Assembly (NCBI GenBank): GCA_951406725.2
Contig: OX597833.1
Location: 34,596,001 to 34,660,000, forward strand
DNA from: Octopus vulgaris
Taxonomy: Eukaryota
Length of the DNA: 64,000 bases
Reading direction: 5' to 3'
Shown: positions 49,051 to 61,667 of the stretch, piece after piece
Layout of the letters: every line of letters begins with the position of its first letter
Numbering within the stretch: position 1 is the first letter of the stretch
The notes under the pieces: generated by a model
The model's database searches: none
Told to the model about the DNA's origin: nothing
The model's input: the letters and a program-made list of their open reading frames with translations, nothing else
Program-made: the position numbers and the translations under genes

Positions 49051-51699
49051 TCTCAAATCAGGCTTAACTGAAACTTCCCCATACTAAACAATTTAATCTT
49101 CAGAACTGCAGCTATATAGAATCTTTTCCTGCCTACATTTTCTACACAAACAAACCCATGTAAGTTCAGTATCTATCACATCAACCTCCCTAACCTAAGA
49201 AGGTTTGAAAAGGTTATGGGCATTGCACTTCTTCCATTAATTCAGTAACATATATAAAAAAACTATTAAGTCACATTACATAGAAGCTTCCAAACTGGTT
49301 GCTGTATTAATATAAAAATTCTTAATTGGCTGATATATTTAGTCTAAAATGTCTAATTGATTTATGTACTGACATAAAATTAGCCTTAATTGACTAATGT
49401 AGTAAATTGTTGGAGACTTATACTATGTTTTAGGGTTAAAAAATTTCATAAAAACAAAATAAGAATTTTTCAGGAGACAAAATACATTACATTATGATTT
49501 AGTTTCAAATAACCATATTCGTCATCAGCTGTTCAGACTTTATCATGAAAATAGTGAAGTTATATATTTCTGTATTTGAATAACTTCCCCCAAAAATTAG
49601 TAGTTAGGAGTTAAATTATGTTTTTATATTTACTTATCACTAAGCTAGAATTTTGACAACCTGAAGACAGGGTTCTTATATACAGCTTGAATGTAACATT
49701 TAATAACTGGTTACAATTTTAATCTGAACAGTTTTGATACAGGTATTTTAGGTGGGTTGATAGCATGGGACCATGGTTAGTTAGGTAGGTGGGTGAGTGG
49801 ATGGAAAATTTGCCAGCACTAGATTCAAATGTCAAAATAACACTGATATTAGGGAAGGGTTTATATGAAGCAAGATAGGTAGTTCTACTTTCAGTTAACA
49901 GGAGCGAGAAAAAAAAAATGGATAGAGCTTATGATAGATGTGGGCTATTTAGAACAGCATACAAGAGCAATGACAAGTCTTAAAAACGTATGAACAATAT
50001 TTCATTCAGAATCACAGTATTAAAAAAGATAGACAGAAACTGAATTTATAGAATTATAAACATTTAATTATCTAAAAGAAGCCTATAAATGAAAAAGAGT
50101 AGAGAGGAGTGAAGAGTAGCACAAACTGAAATAATCCCAACATATATACCTGTCTGATAATTATTTTGAGCCAAGAGGAATAAAAACAAAGTTAGGGTAT
50201 GAATTCAAAGAGTATACATCACATAAACCTATATATAAGAATTTCAGTCAAATGTATTAATGTTTTTGTCAAGTCACTTTCCTAATAGTATTTTAATCAA
50301 CCCCAGCACATGTCCTGTGATAGTGTAATAAATCAACCTCAGTTTATAGATAATACTTATTTTATTTGCATCCACTCCTAAATGGGCAAAAGAAAAATTC
50401 AAACTCATCAGTCCATGTGTGTTGGTGCTTTTAATGTCTTGCTGCCTTCTCATTTCACTTGCATCCTCTCCCTTCCATCATGCAAATTAACATTACATAT
50501 TCAATGAATCATGCTCAACTCTGCTAATTATTTAGATAGTGTTCATGCAGCACTAGCACATCATGTTCCATATGTAGATATACATTTGGATCTTTTACGT
50601 GGAGAGAAAAACCATTTGCTACCAATACAAGTAACAGTTTCCTGAAAGTTTTCATTTCTTACTTCATAAAACCACCCCATAAGCTAGTTCTTATGTGGCT
50701 CTTTGACCTGCTGGAAATCACAACCAAATCTTTCTCAAATGACAGCTTTAAAATCTTTAAAAAAAAAAAAAAAAATGGAAAAACACAAGTAATGTATATG
50801 TTTGTTAAGAGTACACATATATATCATTGTTTTGATTCTCATTTTGTGTGTTCCCAATAATTTTATACTAGCTTGGCAGACAAACATGCATCAGCAAATA
50901 TTTTGCTTGCTGAATCCCCATATGTAAGAACGACTATTTTCTGTTAGATTCAGAGTCCCGGACAAAGTTTATAACTGAAGAGACAATCATGCTGAAAACC
51001 CAAAGTTTACTATGTTACTAAATCATATGTGCTGTCACCACATATAATTTAAAGAGAGTTGTTCCCTGAGGTGGAAAGTGAGCAGTGAATAGCATATTTG
51101 AATCCACTGGAATGTGTTAAGAATGAGTATACTTGTCATTCTTTTGATTCTATTTTGTGTGCTCACAATAACTGAGCATTAAATAATGTAATCCTAGATG
51201 CATTACTCCTAAGAACAAGACAGGGATGTTACATCTGGAGTTAAATACCAACAACTATTTCCATGAGTCAATGAGATAGCTTCTATGTGGTTGCTCAACA
51301 TGATAAAAATAGCACAACCTGCCATCTTAGAAAAGGAATTCATTCAACAGTGTGGTCCTAGATACACCATGTCCAAATGAATGAAATATGAGGTCATGGC
51401 TGATTTACTTTTTATCATAAATTTGCACAATCAGAGCTGACCTGAGGCTAACCGATGACTACTATATTCAGTACTAATTATGTCATTTTGGTAACAGAAA
51501 TTATCTGCAACATCCAGTAAAACACAACAGCAGTCTGTAGAGTTTATTTTAATGGAAGTACTAACATTATTGAGATTTGAATTCAAAATCATGAGGCAAC
51601 AATAACTAAACTATGATACTGTAAGACACTTAATCTAGCTCTCAAACTCAAAATTGATATACTGCTTTGGATATTATTCAAGGCAACTTTTCAACAGAT

Positions 51700-52065
51700 G
51701 CAGAGTGGTTGTGTGGTAAGAAGTCTGCTTTCCAACCATACATAGTTTCAGGTTCAATCCCACTGCATGATAACTTGAGAAGTGTCTTCTACTATAGCTT
51801 CAAGCAGACCAAAGTCTTATGAATGGATTTGGTAGACATAAACTGAAAGAAGCCTGCTGAATATATGTGTGTGTGTGTCTGTCCCTCATCAGTGCTTGAC
51901 ACCAGTGTTGGTGTGTTTACATCCCTTAACTTAGCAGTTCAGTAAAAGAGACTGACAGAATAACTACTAGTATTAATAAAATACCATGGTTGATTCATTT
52001 CACTAAAATTCTCCAGTATTGTGCCCCAGCATGGCCGCAGTCTAATGACTGAAACAAGTAAAAGG
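51700..52065 (+). mobile_element. tRNA-derived SINE copy
   Basis: GTGGTTGTGTGGTAAG...GGTTCAATCCCACTGC head and TGACTGAAACAAGTAAAAG end. Reverse orientation relative to 23205-23586. Confidence 0.78.
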
Positions 52066-52452
52066 ATATATAGTTAATTTTCTTATTCAGACTAAGGACT
52101 TAAATTCATAGGAAGCTATAATGAGAATCTGCAGCATGTTCAGGGGATGGGGTAGTATGTTATTACATAAAAGAAAATATATCTACAAAAGTAACAAACT
52201 AGTTTCATCTGAGATGAAACTGAAGATTTGTACTTTCAATTCCCTCAATAAAAATAATTTACACTACACATATACTGACATTTCATTTTTTCGAGAGGTA
52301 GCCAATCTAGTATTTTATAGATTATATACATCAGAGCATACATGGTTGTACAGTTAAGACGCTTGTTTGTCAACCATGTGGCTTTGGGTACCTTGAGCCA
52401 ACAAAAGCTTTGAGAGTGGATTTGGTAGCTGGAAACCGAAAGAAGCCTATCA

Positions 52453-53646
52453 TGTGTATGTGTAAGCTATGGACACATAACAGGTGCAGCATTATCAAAG
52501 GAAGGCTAACTGGGAAGATAGATTTTGTATGTGGCAGATGCTCAGGAGCAATAAACACTGAAAATGTGCAGAGAACAACTTCTGCCACATTCCAGGGAGA
52601 AAAACTAGAAGTAGTTGATAGCTTCTGTTACCTAGGTGACCAAGTCAGTAGCAGAGGAGGGTGTGCTGAAAGTGTAGCTGCTAGAATAAAAATAGCTTGG
52701 GCAAAGTTCAGAGAGCTCTTACCTCTGCTGGTGACAAAGGGCCTCTCGCTCAGAGAAAAAGGTAGACTGTATGATGCATGTGTGCAAACAGCCATGCTAC
52801 ATGGCAGTGAAACATGGGCCATGACTGATGAGGACATGTGTAAGCTTGCAAGGAATGAAGCTAGTATGTTTTGCCGGATGTGTAATGTCAGTGTGCATAC
52901 TCCACAGAGTGTACCTTGAGAGAAAAGTTTGACCTAAGAAGCATCAGATGTGGTGTGCAAGAGAGACGACTGTGATGAGGATAGTTGTGTGAAAATGTGC
53001 CATACCCTAGCGGCTGAAGGAACCTGTGGAAGAGGTAGACCCAGGAAGACCTGGGATGAAGTGGTGAAGCATGACCTTCGAACATCAGGCCTCACTGAGG
53101 CCTTTGGAAATATGCTGTGCTTGAGAAGACCTGGCAAGCCAAGTGAGACCATAACCTCGTGGTCTATGCCAGGGGTGTAACCAGCCCACTTATGCATACC
53201 TTTCCTTCACTGGACACTAAACTCTGCTTGCAAAGACCTGTTGAGGCAAGTGAAATCGGAATCAAATTTGATGACTGGCATCCGTGCTAGTGAAGCGCTT
53301 AGAGCACCATCTGAGTGTGATTGTTGCCAGAGCAGCTAACTGGCTTCCGTGCCGGTGGCACATGAAAAGCACCATTCAAGCATGATCGTTATCAGCATTG
53401 CCTTACTGGCACGTGAAAAAACATTTGAGCAAGGTCATTGCCAGTACCGCCTGACTGGCCCTTGTGCCAGTGGCATGTAAAAGCACCCACTACACTCTTG
53501 GAGTGGTTGGCGTTAGGAAGGGCATCCAGCTATAGAAACTCTGCCAGATCAGATTGGAGCCTGGTGCAGCCATCTGGTTCGCCAGTCCTCAGTCAAATCC
53601 TCCAACCCATGCTAGCATGGAAAGCAGACGTTAAACAATGATGATA
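52453..53646 (+). mobile_element. RTE LINE 3' fragment
   Basis: CKLWTHNRC...MLHGSETW...GRGRPRKTW, then 3' UTR repeats and a short (GAT)n tail. Its 5' end is joined to a SINE fragment. Confidence 0.9.
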
Positions 53647-53896
53647 TATGTAAACCCTTCTCTTGACATCATGTGATGGTTGTAAATGAGCATCACCATC
53701 ATACAAGTGAGGTTGTTCATTTCCAGTCTTTTGTGGAGAATGTGTTAAGTCATGAGGAAATATCACCTTGCTTGACTGGATTAGGTGATAGCAAGGGCAC
53801 CTGGCCATAGAAAATCTGTCACACAGATTCCATCTAATCCATGCAAGCATGAAAAAGTTGATGTTAAAAGATTGCTCTAATAGCCGAGTCACTATC

Positions 53897-55249
53897 ATAA
53901 CTAGAGAAGTTTCAGGTGTGGAAGCAAGGTCTAAATTAGAAGGCCCTTAGTCTTAATAAGTAGAAAGGCAGACAATCCACAAATCCCTTCAGATAGATGG
54001 CCCTGCTGGATCTGTAGAAAAAGCATAGGTAGAAACTCCATAAGATGTACCCGGTGTAAGCTATGGACACAGGTGCAGCAATATCAAAGAAAGGTTAACA
54101 GGGAAGATAGTTTTTGTGTATGGCAAATTCTCAGGGGCAATAAACACTGAAAATGTGCAGAGAACAGCTTCTGTCACATTCCAGGGGGAAAAACCACAAG
54201 TAGTTGATAGCTTCCAATACCTAGATGACCAAGTCAATAGCAGGGGTGGATGCTCTGAAAGTGTAGTTGCTAGAATAAGAATAGGTCGGGCAAAGTTCAG
54301 AGAGCTCCTACCTCTGCTGGTGACAAAGGGCCTCTCGCTCAGAGTAAAAGGTAGACTGTATAATGCATGTGTGCAAATAGCCATGCTACATGGCAGTGAA
54401 ACATGGGCCGTGACTGATGAGGACATGTGTAAGCTCACAAGGAATGAAGCCAGTATGATGTGCATACTCAACAGAGTGTAAGTGCCCCAAGAGAAAAGTT
54501 GGACTTCAGAAGCATCAGATGTGGTGTGCAGGAGAACGACTGCACTGGTATGGCCATGTGTTGTGTATGGATGAGGACAGCTATGTGAAAAAGTGTTATA
54601 ATCTAGCAGTAGAGGAAACCTGTGGAAGAGGTAAACCCAGGAAGACCCGGGATGAGGTGGTGAAGCACGACCTTCAAATGTTGGGCTTCATGGAGATGAT
54701 GACAAGTGACTGAGACGTTTGGAGATATGCTGTGCTTGAGAAGACCCAGCAAGCCAAGTGAGACTGTAATCGTGGCCTATGCCAGTGCAGCATAACTGGC
54801 CCATTTAAGAGTACCTTTCAATCATTGGGCAATAAACTGCACTTGCCAATGACAGTACCGTCTGAATGGCACCCATGCTGGTGGCACCATTAGTGTGTGG
54901 TCAATGCCAGTGCCACCTGACTGGCCCTGTACCAGTGGTACATAAAAAGCACCATTCAAGTTTGATTGTTGCCAGAGCCGCCTGACTGGCACCCATGCTG
55001 GTGGCATGTAAAAAGCACTATTCATGCGTAGTTGATGCCAGTACTGCCTGACTGGCCGTCATGCCGGTTGCATGTAAAAAGCACCAACTATATTCTTGGA
55101 GAGGTTGGTGTAAGGAAGGGCATCTAGCTGTAGAAACTTTACCAGATCAGATTGGAGCCTGGTGCAGCCTTCTGGCTTGCCAGTCCTCAGTCAAACCGTC
55201 CAACCCATGCCAGCATGGAAAGCAGACATTAAACAATGACGATGATGAT
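53897..55249 (+). mobile_element. RTE LINE 3' fragment
   Basis: Homologous to the C-terminal part of ORF 44..2706. The 3' UTR has several ~60-bp CTGACTGGC...GGTGGCA..TAAAAAGCAC units and a GATGATGAT tail. Confidence 0.9.
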
Positions 55250-56984
55250 TGCCTTTACATAAATACAAAGAAAATAGAAGTTACACATACTGGAGGTTTC
55301 CTCTCGCACTGTCACCATAACACAAATAATAATGGATTTTTAGAAAAACAAGTTATAGAATTTTAAGGGTGAAAAATAAAAAGATTATTAATAATGACAT
55401 TTTCTCTTTAATAATTTAACTATCAGGTGAAAATTCCATGTTTTATAAATTTTCTTATTACTATTTTGATGTATAAATCTACTATAGATCTTCATAACAT
55501 GGTTTCATTATATTAATAATTTTGATCATGTCCAAGTTCATTCCATAGTTAAAGTTGTAAAAGCATCACTTTTGAAAACACAAATGTTATCTCTCAAATC
55601 AAATAAGGTAGGACATATGTAGTCTGAGATAAAGTTTGTCTGCAAAATATGGCTAGAATGCTTTTGATCAGAAATCTTAACAATTACCAATCATTTTGCA
55701 CTCAGCAGGTTGCATAAGATAATGCTCACTAAGTATTGAGACACACAACTAAAGGAAAATTTAACAAATATTTAATTAATGAATTTTAACAAACATTTAA
55801 TTATTGAAAATTTAACAAACAATTTAATTATTGAATGTGGTTTAGTCTGACTATTTTAGGGTATGACCTTAGAAAAAGCTAATATGCTGGTTATATCATG
55901 AAATTATGTATGTCATGCAGAAAGCATGTATGAAGGTTCAGTTTAGAAAAGTGGATATAAACTATGATGATGATGGTGGAGGTGAGGATTGCGCGCGTGT
56001 GCACACACACAACTTGGAATAGAATATTAAACATTTAATCCAAAAGTTTACAAATATATTCAGATTTCACACAAGGTAATATTGTGTTTAAAATTTCCAT
56101 TTAAACTTTCATATAGATCAAAAGAAACTGCTGTGAGAGATGACATCTTGATGGTGTTGGTTCTGACAAAAATTCCAAGACTATTACCATTGAGTACATA
56201 CTGTAGTCAGTTGTTTTACGATAAAATACAAAAGTTATTTGTTGTATCTAGCTAGGAATACTTTTCTACTGGCATTTTGTTTACTTAAAGATTTCAAACT
56301 TGCTTAGAAATCTTTTTGCTTCTGAAAAATAAGTTACTGTGATTTCCTTGGAAGAGTATGACACTGAATTCACAAGAGTAAAAAAATTGGCTCTTGGGAG
56401 GGCCAGAAAACTTCTGGATGTTAGTACAAGAAAAACTTCCTTGTCCAAAAAAGTTTGCTTTCATTTTCAACCGCTTATGTAAAGCTGGTATTTTCTAAGA
56501 TGGTACACTTTATCTAGGACTTTATCTTGGCTCTCCTACCTTTTTAAGACAGTGTAGGATGTCATTTGAGGGAAATTTGTTTACTGTTTATAACAGATTG
56601 AGCAACTATGTAAAGATTCCTTTGATTTCATTTACTGATATATAAGCTAATGCTGGGACATAACAGATTAAACAGTTCTTCTATAAAATTATAACAGGTT
56701 TCAAATTCAAATATGATCACTTTAAAATCAGTCAAATATGAATTACATGTTCTATAAAAAAAATTAAGAAATATAAATACAGCTACTTTTTTCTTACTTC
56801 CCTTTCTAAAAGCTAACTTTTAGAAGGAAGCAAGATGCATTTTGGTTGACAGAACTATTCAATATTCTCATATTGATAAATACAAGTTGTGAAATTCATG
56901 TTAACATTTATTTCGCAGGTTTAATTGGTCCTTCATTTGAACTTGTGTTCATAACAATTGTTATCCATGTTGTCTGCCAGTGAT

Positions 56985-57175
56985 TAAGTCAGATTTCTTT
57001 GTCAAATGTAATGCTTTTTTTATTCATATTGATTTGAATTAGTCCTGCATTATCTTGTAGCTTTCAGATTTTTAGAATAATATTGTAGGGTAAGTGCGAG
57101 AGGCCAGATCTGGCTAGTTTGAAAGTAAAAGGTGGAATATTTTGGCTGGATATGGAAGGTTTAAATGCTAAAGGG
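56985..57175 (-). mobile_element. Decayed copy of the piggyBac-type MITE
   Basis: Reverse-complement similarity to 18024-18244, ending CTAAAGGG|TTAA. Confidence 0.65.
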
Positions 57176-58536
57176 TTAAACCAGTCCATGTTCCATTGGC
57201 AGAGACTTTAGATGACTGAACTTCAGTTACCTACTGATAACGTATGAATATGAAGTATGCTTTTATGTCCTGTAGTAACATCTTCAGTTCCCTAACCACA
57301 ATAAGGCTAACAACCAAACATGGGATTGGATTAATAGCCAAATGTATGAAAGTGTGTAGCCCATTTTAATTCAGTCCATGTTCTCTTGCTTAAGAACATG
57401 TCATATTGATTGAGTAATCCTTTGACTGAAAGCTTTGAAGCCGTGACCTTTACATCTTTTTAAGACATATTTATTCAAGACTATATTATTCAAGGTGACC
57501 TTCTTTTTAAAACATGTAGAATGTCACTTGAGGAAAATTTAGTTGCTATTTCTAACAGACTGAGCAACCATGAAGAGATTCCTTCATTGGCTTTATTCAT
57601 TTATTAAACTAGTTTTGGAACAGAACAATTCTTATATAAAAAAAAATAAGATGAAAGGTTTCAGATTTAGATATGACCAAGAAAATTGTACATTTCTTTA
57701 TTAGCCTTTCACACCAATATGCTTGAAATCACCTCCGGATCTTTGGATCAAATTGTAAAAATATATAAGAAAATGGAAAAAGCACTGAGTATAGAAGGCG
57801 CTAGCTTCAGGAACAATGTGAGATCAAACAAATATTTGATTAATGAGAATACAAAAAATTCTTAGACATCATTTATAAAATATTTTCAAATCACAAAGAT
57901 CTCCAATTTACAAGGCCTGAGTTTCGGTGCTGCAGAGAATGAATAGATCTTTGTGTAAAGCTTATCTTCCTTAAAAACTATACTTCAGGAGCCTGTCTTT
58001 CCCAACTACATATGACTTTAGTTTTGCAGGCTGGAGTTTGATAGTAATTAGAAAAATGATTGGCACATATCTCAACCAAAAAGCGAAGAATATCTAAACT
58101 ATATTACATTCAAAGGAGATACCTAAGGTGTATCCAGTCTATGTAACAATAGTCAGTAGTGATGGTCTGTCTTGACAAGAATCAAGTAGGATGTATATAA
58201 AAATTTGATGTATGTTAGTGTAATGAAAAATAAGGATTACTAGGCAAGAATCTTTGTTGGAGAAGGGCCCTACACAAAAACATGAACATACATCATCATC
58301 ATTGTTGTTTTAATGGTCACTTTTCCATGCTTGCATGGGTCAAACAGAATTTGTTGAGGCAGATTTTCTATGGCCCTTCCTGTAGCCAACACTCATTTTC
58401 TAGTAAGGTAATATTTCCCCCTTAGCTGGACATATTTTCATAGGAGTCTAGAAATGAACAATATTGCTTTAAGGTGATACTTATTTATAACCATCACGCA
58501 ATGTCAAAACAAGGGCATACACACACACAGTATATA

Positions 58537-59810
58537 TATTAGGAGGTACTCATAAGTAACTAGAAACATTCTCTGTGGGACAACCCCATTATAGTTCAGG
58601 CTTCTGCTGTTAGAAGCCACTTGATGCAACTCTCAGGCATCAGTTTGCCGACCAGCAGTGGCATGCTGTCACATGGTGTGTCTTTGTTTTGCAGTGCTTC
58701 TCCCCTGTTCGTCAATTTTTGCAATGGCTGAAACGAAGGAAAATTCTGTAAAATTCTGCTTTTTGCCAAGGAAAACAGCAGCCGAAACAGTTGTTATGCC
58801 TTAAACAGCTTACAAGGATGCTGCTATGAGCAAAACACAAGTTCACAAGTGGTTTTCAACTTCATTCAGGGCAACTGTCAACCAACCTTATTCAGAGCAA
58901 TCCTTGACCTCCTGAATGAATAAAAATGTCATGAAAATTCATGAATTGATCTTGGAACACCATCACCAAAAAATTGGCAAACTTGTTGATCTGACTGGTG
59001 TGTCTTGGAGCTCTGGCCAACAAATTTTGAGCAAGGAATTGTGAATGAAAAGAGTTGCAGCAAAATTTGTGCTTTGCTTGCTCACGGAAGATCAAAAGCA
59101 GTCACAACTGAATGCATGTCGTGAACTGAAAGAACAGTTGGAAGTTGATCCAGATCCTTTTACAAAGGTCATCACTGGTGATGAAAGCTGCTACGGCTAT
59201 GACCCAAGTCAATGGAAGCATTCGATGTCCTCATGCCCCCAAAAAGCACATCAAGTGAAGTTCAGCATCAAGACGATTCCGATTTGTTTCATCAATGCGA
59301 AATGAATTGTCCACACAGAATTTGTTCCTCCTGGTCAAACTGTTAACCAGACATTTTATATGGCAGTTCTAAAGTATTTGCAAGACACAGCGATACAAAA
59401 ACGCCCTGACCTTTGGCAAGCAGAGAGTAGTGGTTTCATCATGACATTGCGACTGTGCACACTGCCCTAAGTATGAGACAGTTTTTAACCAAAAATGGCA
59501 TGACCCCACTTACCCACCCTTCCTATTCTCTCAATCTTGCTCCCTGTGACTTTTTTTGTTCCCCCAAATGAAAGAAGTCCTTAAAGGAAAACGTTTTGCA
59601 GATGTGGAAAAGGTGAAGGAAAAAACGACAGAGGTATTAAAAATCATCACTTCACAAGAATCCAGGACAACTTCGAACAGTTGAAAGCATATCTGGACCG
59701 ATGCATTGCTTCAAATGGAGAATACTTTGAAGGTGGTAAAAGAGTGAACATGTAAAACTAAGTGAGTAAAATATTGCAAAATTCCAGTTTCTTTTGGGTA
59801 CACCCTCATA
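58537..59810 (+). mobile_element. Degenerate mariner transposon of a second family
   Basis: Transposase remnants MKRVAAKFV..LLTEDQK, VITGDES, HHD and HPSYSLNLAPCDF. Imperfect TIRs TATTAGGAGGTACTCATAAGTAACTAGAA / TTCCAGTTTCTTTTGGGTACACCCTCATA. Length about 1.27 kb. Confidence 0.85.
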
Positions 59811-61114
59811 TATGTACATATGTGACAGGCTTCTTTTGGATTTTCATCTATTAAATCCACTCACAACGTTTTGGTTGGACCAAGGCTAAAGTAGAAGACA
59901 CTTGACCAAGGTGCCATGCAGTGGGACTGAACCTGTTGTAATAGCCAGTGCCTCTTATATCCTTTCTATAAATATAACTATAATACTTAACCAAGAAAGA
60001 TAACAGTAAGAAGTACCTAACATCAGAAATTGTTAATTACTAAGAAATTATAATATGGAACATGGTTAAAATTTAGACAGATACATACTGAGAGAAGAGA
60101 TAATAATTATGGGGAATAAGTCTTAGAAACACAAGTGAAAATGGACTGTAAAAGCTCAGATATTTGAAAACTTAAGAGAAAAATTTATTTTTCAAATTTA
60201 CTGATTTTGCAGCCATGCTAAATCCTGGAATATATCAATTATTAACATTTTATGTTAGTCTTTATACATCAATTAATAAATATTAGATTTCAAATCAAGT
60301 TCAAAATTGATAGATGATAAAAAAAAAATATGTAGTGGTTCCACAACAAAAGCTACCTGGTGTTTGAATTTGGTGTTTAGCTAGTTCTATAGTTCCTGTT
60401 TGCAAGTTCAAATCTTATTCCAGTTCATTCTTTTTGCCTATTCCAAGTATTAAGTTCCAGTTATATACTAGTAAGAGAGGAATAACGTTATATTTTTCCT
60501 CAAACAAAGAAGGTAATAGTGAAAAGACAAAGCCAATTTTGAACATAAGTTTCATTTAAAATGTTACTTGATTTTCTAAAGTAGCAATCAGATCATAATG
60601 TATAAGAAGTTCAAAATCTGATTGCTAGACTCACACTCCCCCAACACACCAAGGATTCTTCCAGGGACCTGACTCTAAAAGTAATCTGATTTTTCACTTT
60701 CTGAAAATACTTTGTTCTTTCAGTTATTTCAGTGCTTTACAATTGCTGAGGAGAACAAAAGTTTTGTACTTGTGTAGTTTTCTTTTTCTAAGACACACAC
60801 TTATGGAAACCATGAAGATTAACTTTATCTCTTTAGTTAGTTAGTTCTGGCAGTCATACATTCATTAAACTATTTTCAACATTCAACCAGCAGCAATAGA
60901 CATGGAAAAAAAAATGATACACCAAACATGTCATATCGTCAAACATACTGCAAAGAATCACAACTCTGAAAGCTCATTCAATTTCTATTGATTGTTATAA
61001 ATTTTTGATATTTGTTACAATATTCTACTTTATACATACAGAGGAGAAAACAATAATCAAGATAATTTTTGCATCATAGAATTTATCACAAAATTAAGGC
61101 AAGAGAGTATTTAC

Positions 61115-61667
61115 CTGTGTGCGTCCGTCTATGATTAGTAAGATTCCAAGACTTGGCAAAGGCCTTGTGACATGTTTCGCAGTGGTAAGGGCGCTCACCT
61201 GTGTGAATGCGACGATGGGAAGTTAGGTTCCACGATTTTGCAAATGTTTTTTTGCAAAAATCACAAACAAAAGGTCTTTCTCCAGTATGCAATCGCCGGT
61301 GAGAAGTTAGGTTGGAATTCTTGGAAAAAGTTTTTTGGCAATATTCACATTCAAATGGTCGATGTTGTTGCTGCTGCTGTTGTTGTTGCTGTTGTTGTTG
61401 TTGCTGCTGCTGCTGTTGCTGTTGTTGTTGTTCGTTATCAGTAGAAGCTACATTTTCAGTATCATCAGTTGGTGATATTACATTGTTGTTAACTGCTGCT
61501 GCAGATGAAACTGCAATTGTAGCAATTGTTGTTCCTGCTGATCCAGCTGTGGTGGTTGCTGTGGTAACAGCTTCCTGTAATATTGTTGGGTAGGCAAATG
61601 CAGTGTTGCAAGCCTCCCATGTAAATTGAGCCTGTGCTTGCTGTTTGTCAGCAGTTTGTATTTCCAT
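61115..61667 (-). CDS. C2H2 zinc-finger protein, first coding exon (T/A-rich N-terminus, polyQ, 3 fingers)
   Basis: ATG at 61667, fingers CEYC, CDFC and CETC with TGERP linkers, donor ACAG|GTAAAT in phase 1, matching the acceptor at 45713. The joined CDS is 1731 nt (576 aa). Confidence 0.92.
61365..61430 (-). repeat. Coding (CAA/CAG)22 polyglutamine tract
   Basis: 66 nt of mixed CAA/CAG codons immediately before the first finger. Confidence 0.95.

Noticed and set aside
50800-51175. ~55-bp imperfect direct repeats about 313 bp apart
   Set aside because: There are no TG...CA ends, PBS or TSD, so it cannot be called an LTR or TRIM element.
57910-57995. Minus-strand CTGAAGT...CGAAACTCAGGC as a hammerhead
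   Set aside because: Both the first core box and the cleavage triplet are mutated, and the spacing is long.
60582-60627. 12-bp perfect inverted repeat TAGCAATCAGAT/ATCTGATTGCTA
   Set aside because: An isolated short stem with no other support for a function.
61172-61593. Plus-strand poly-Cys and poly-Val/Ala ORFs
   Set aside because: They are antisense shadows of the polyQ-coding exon.
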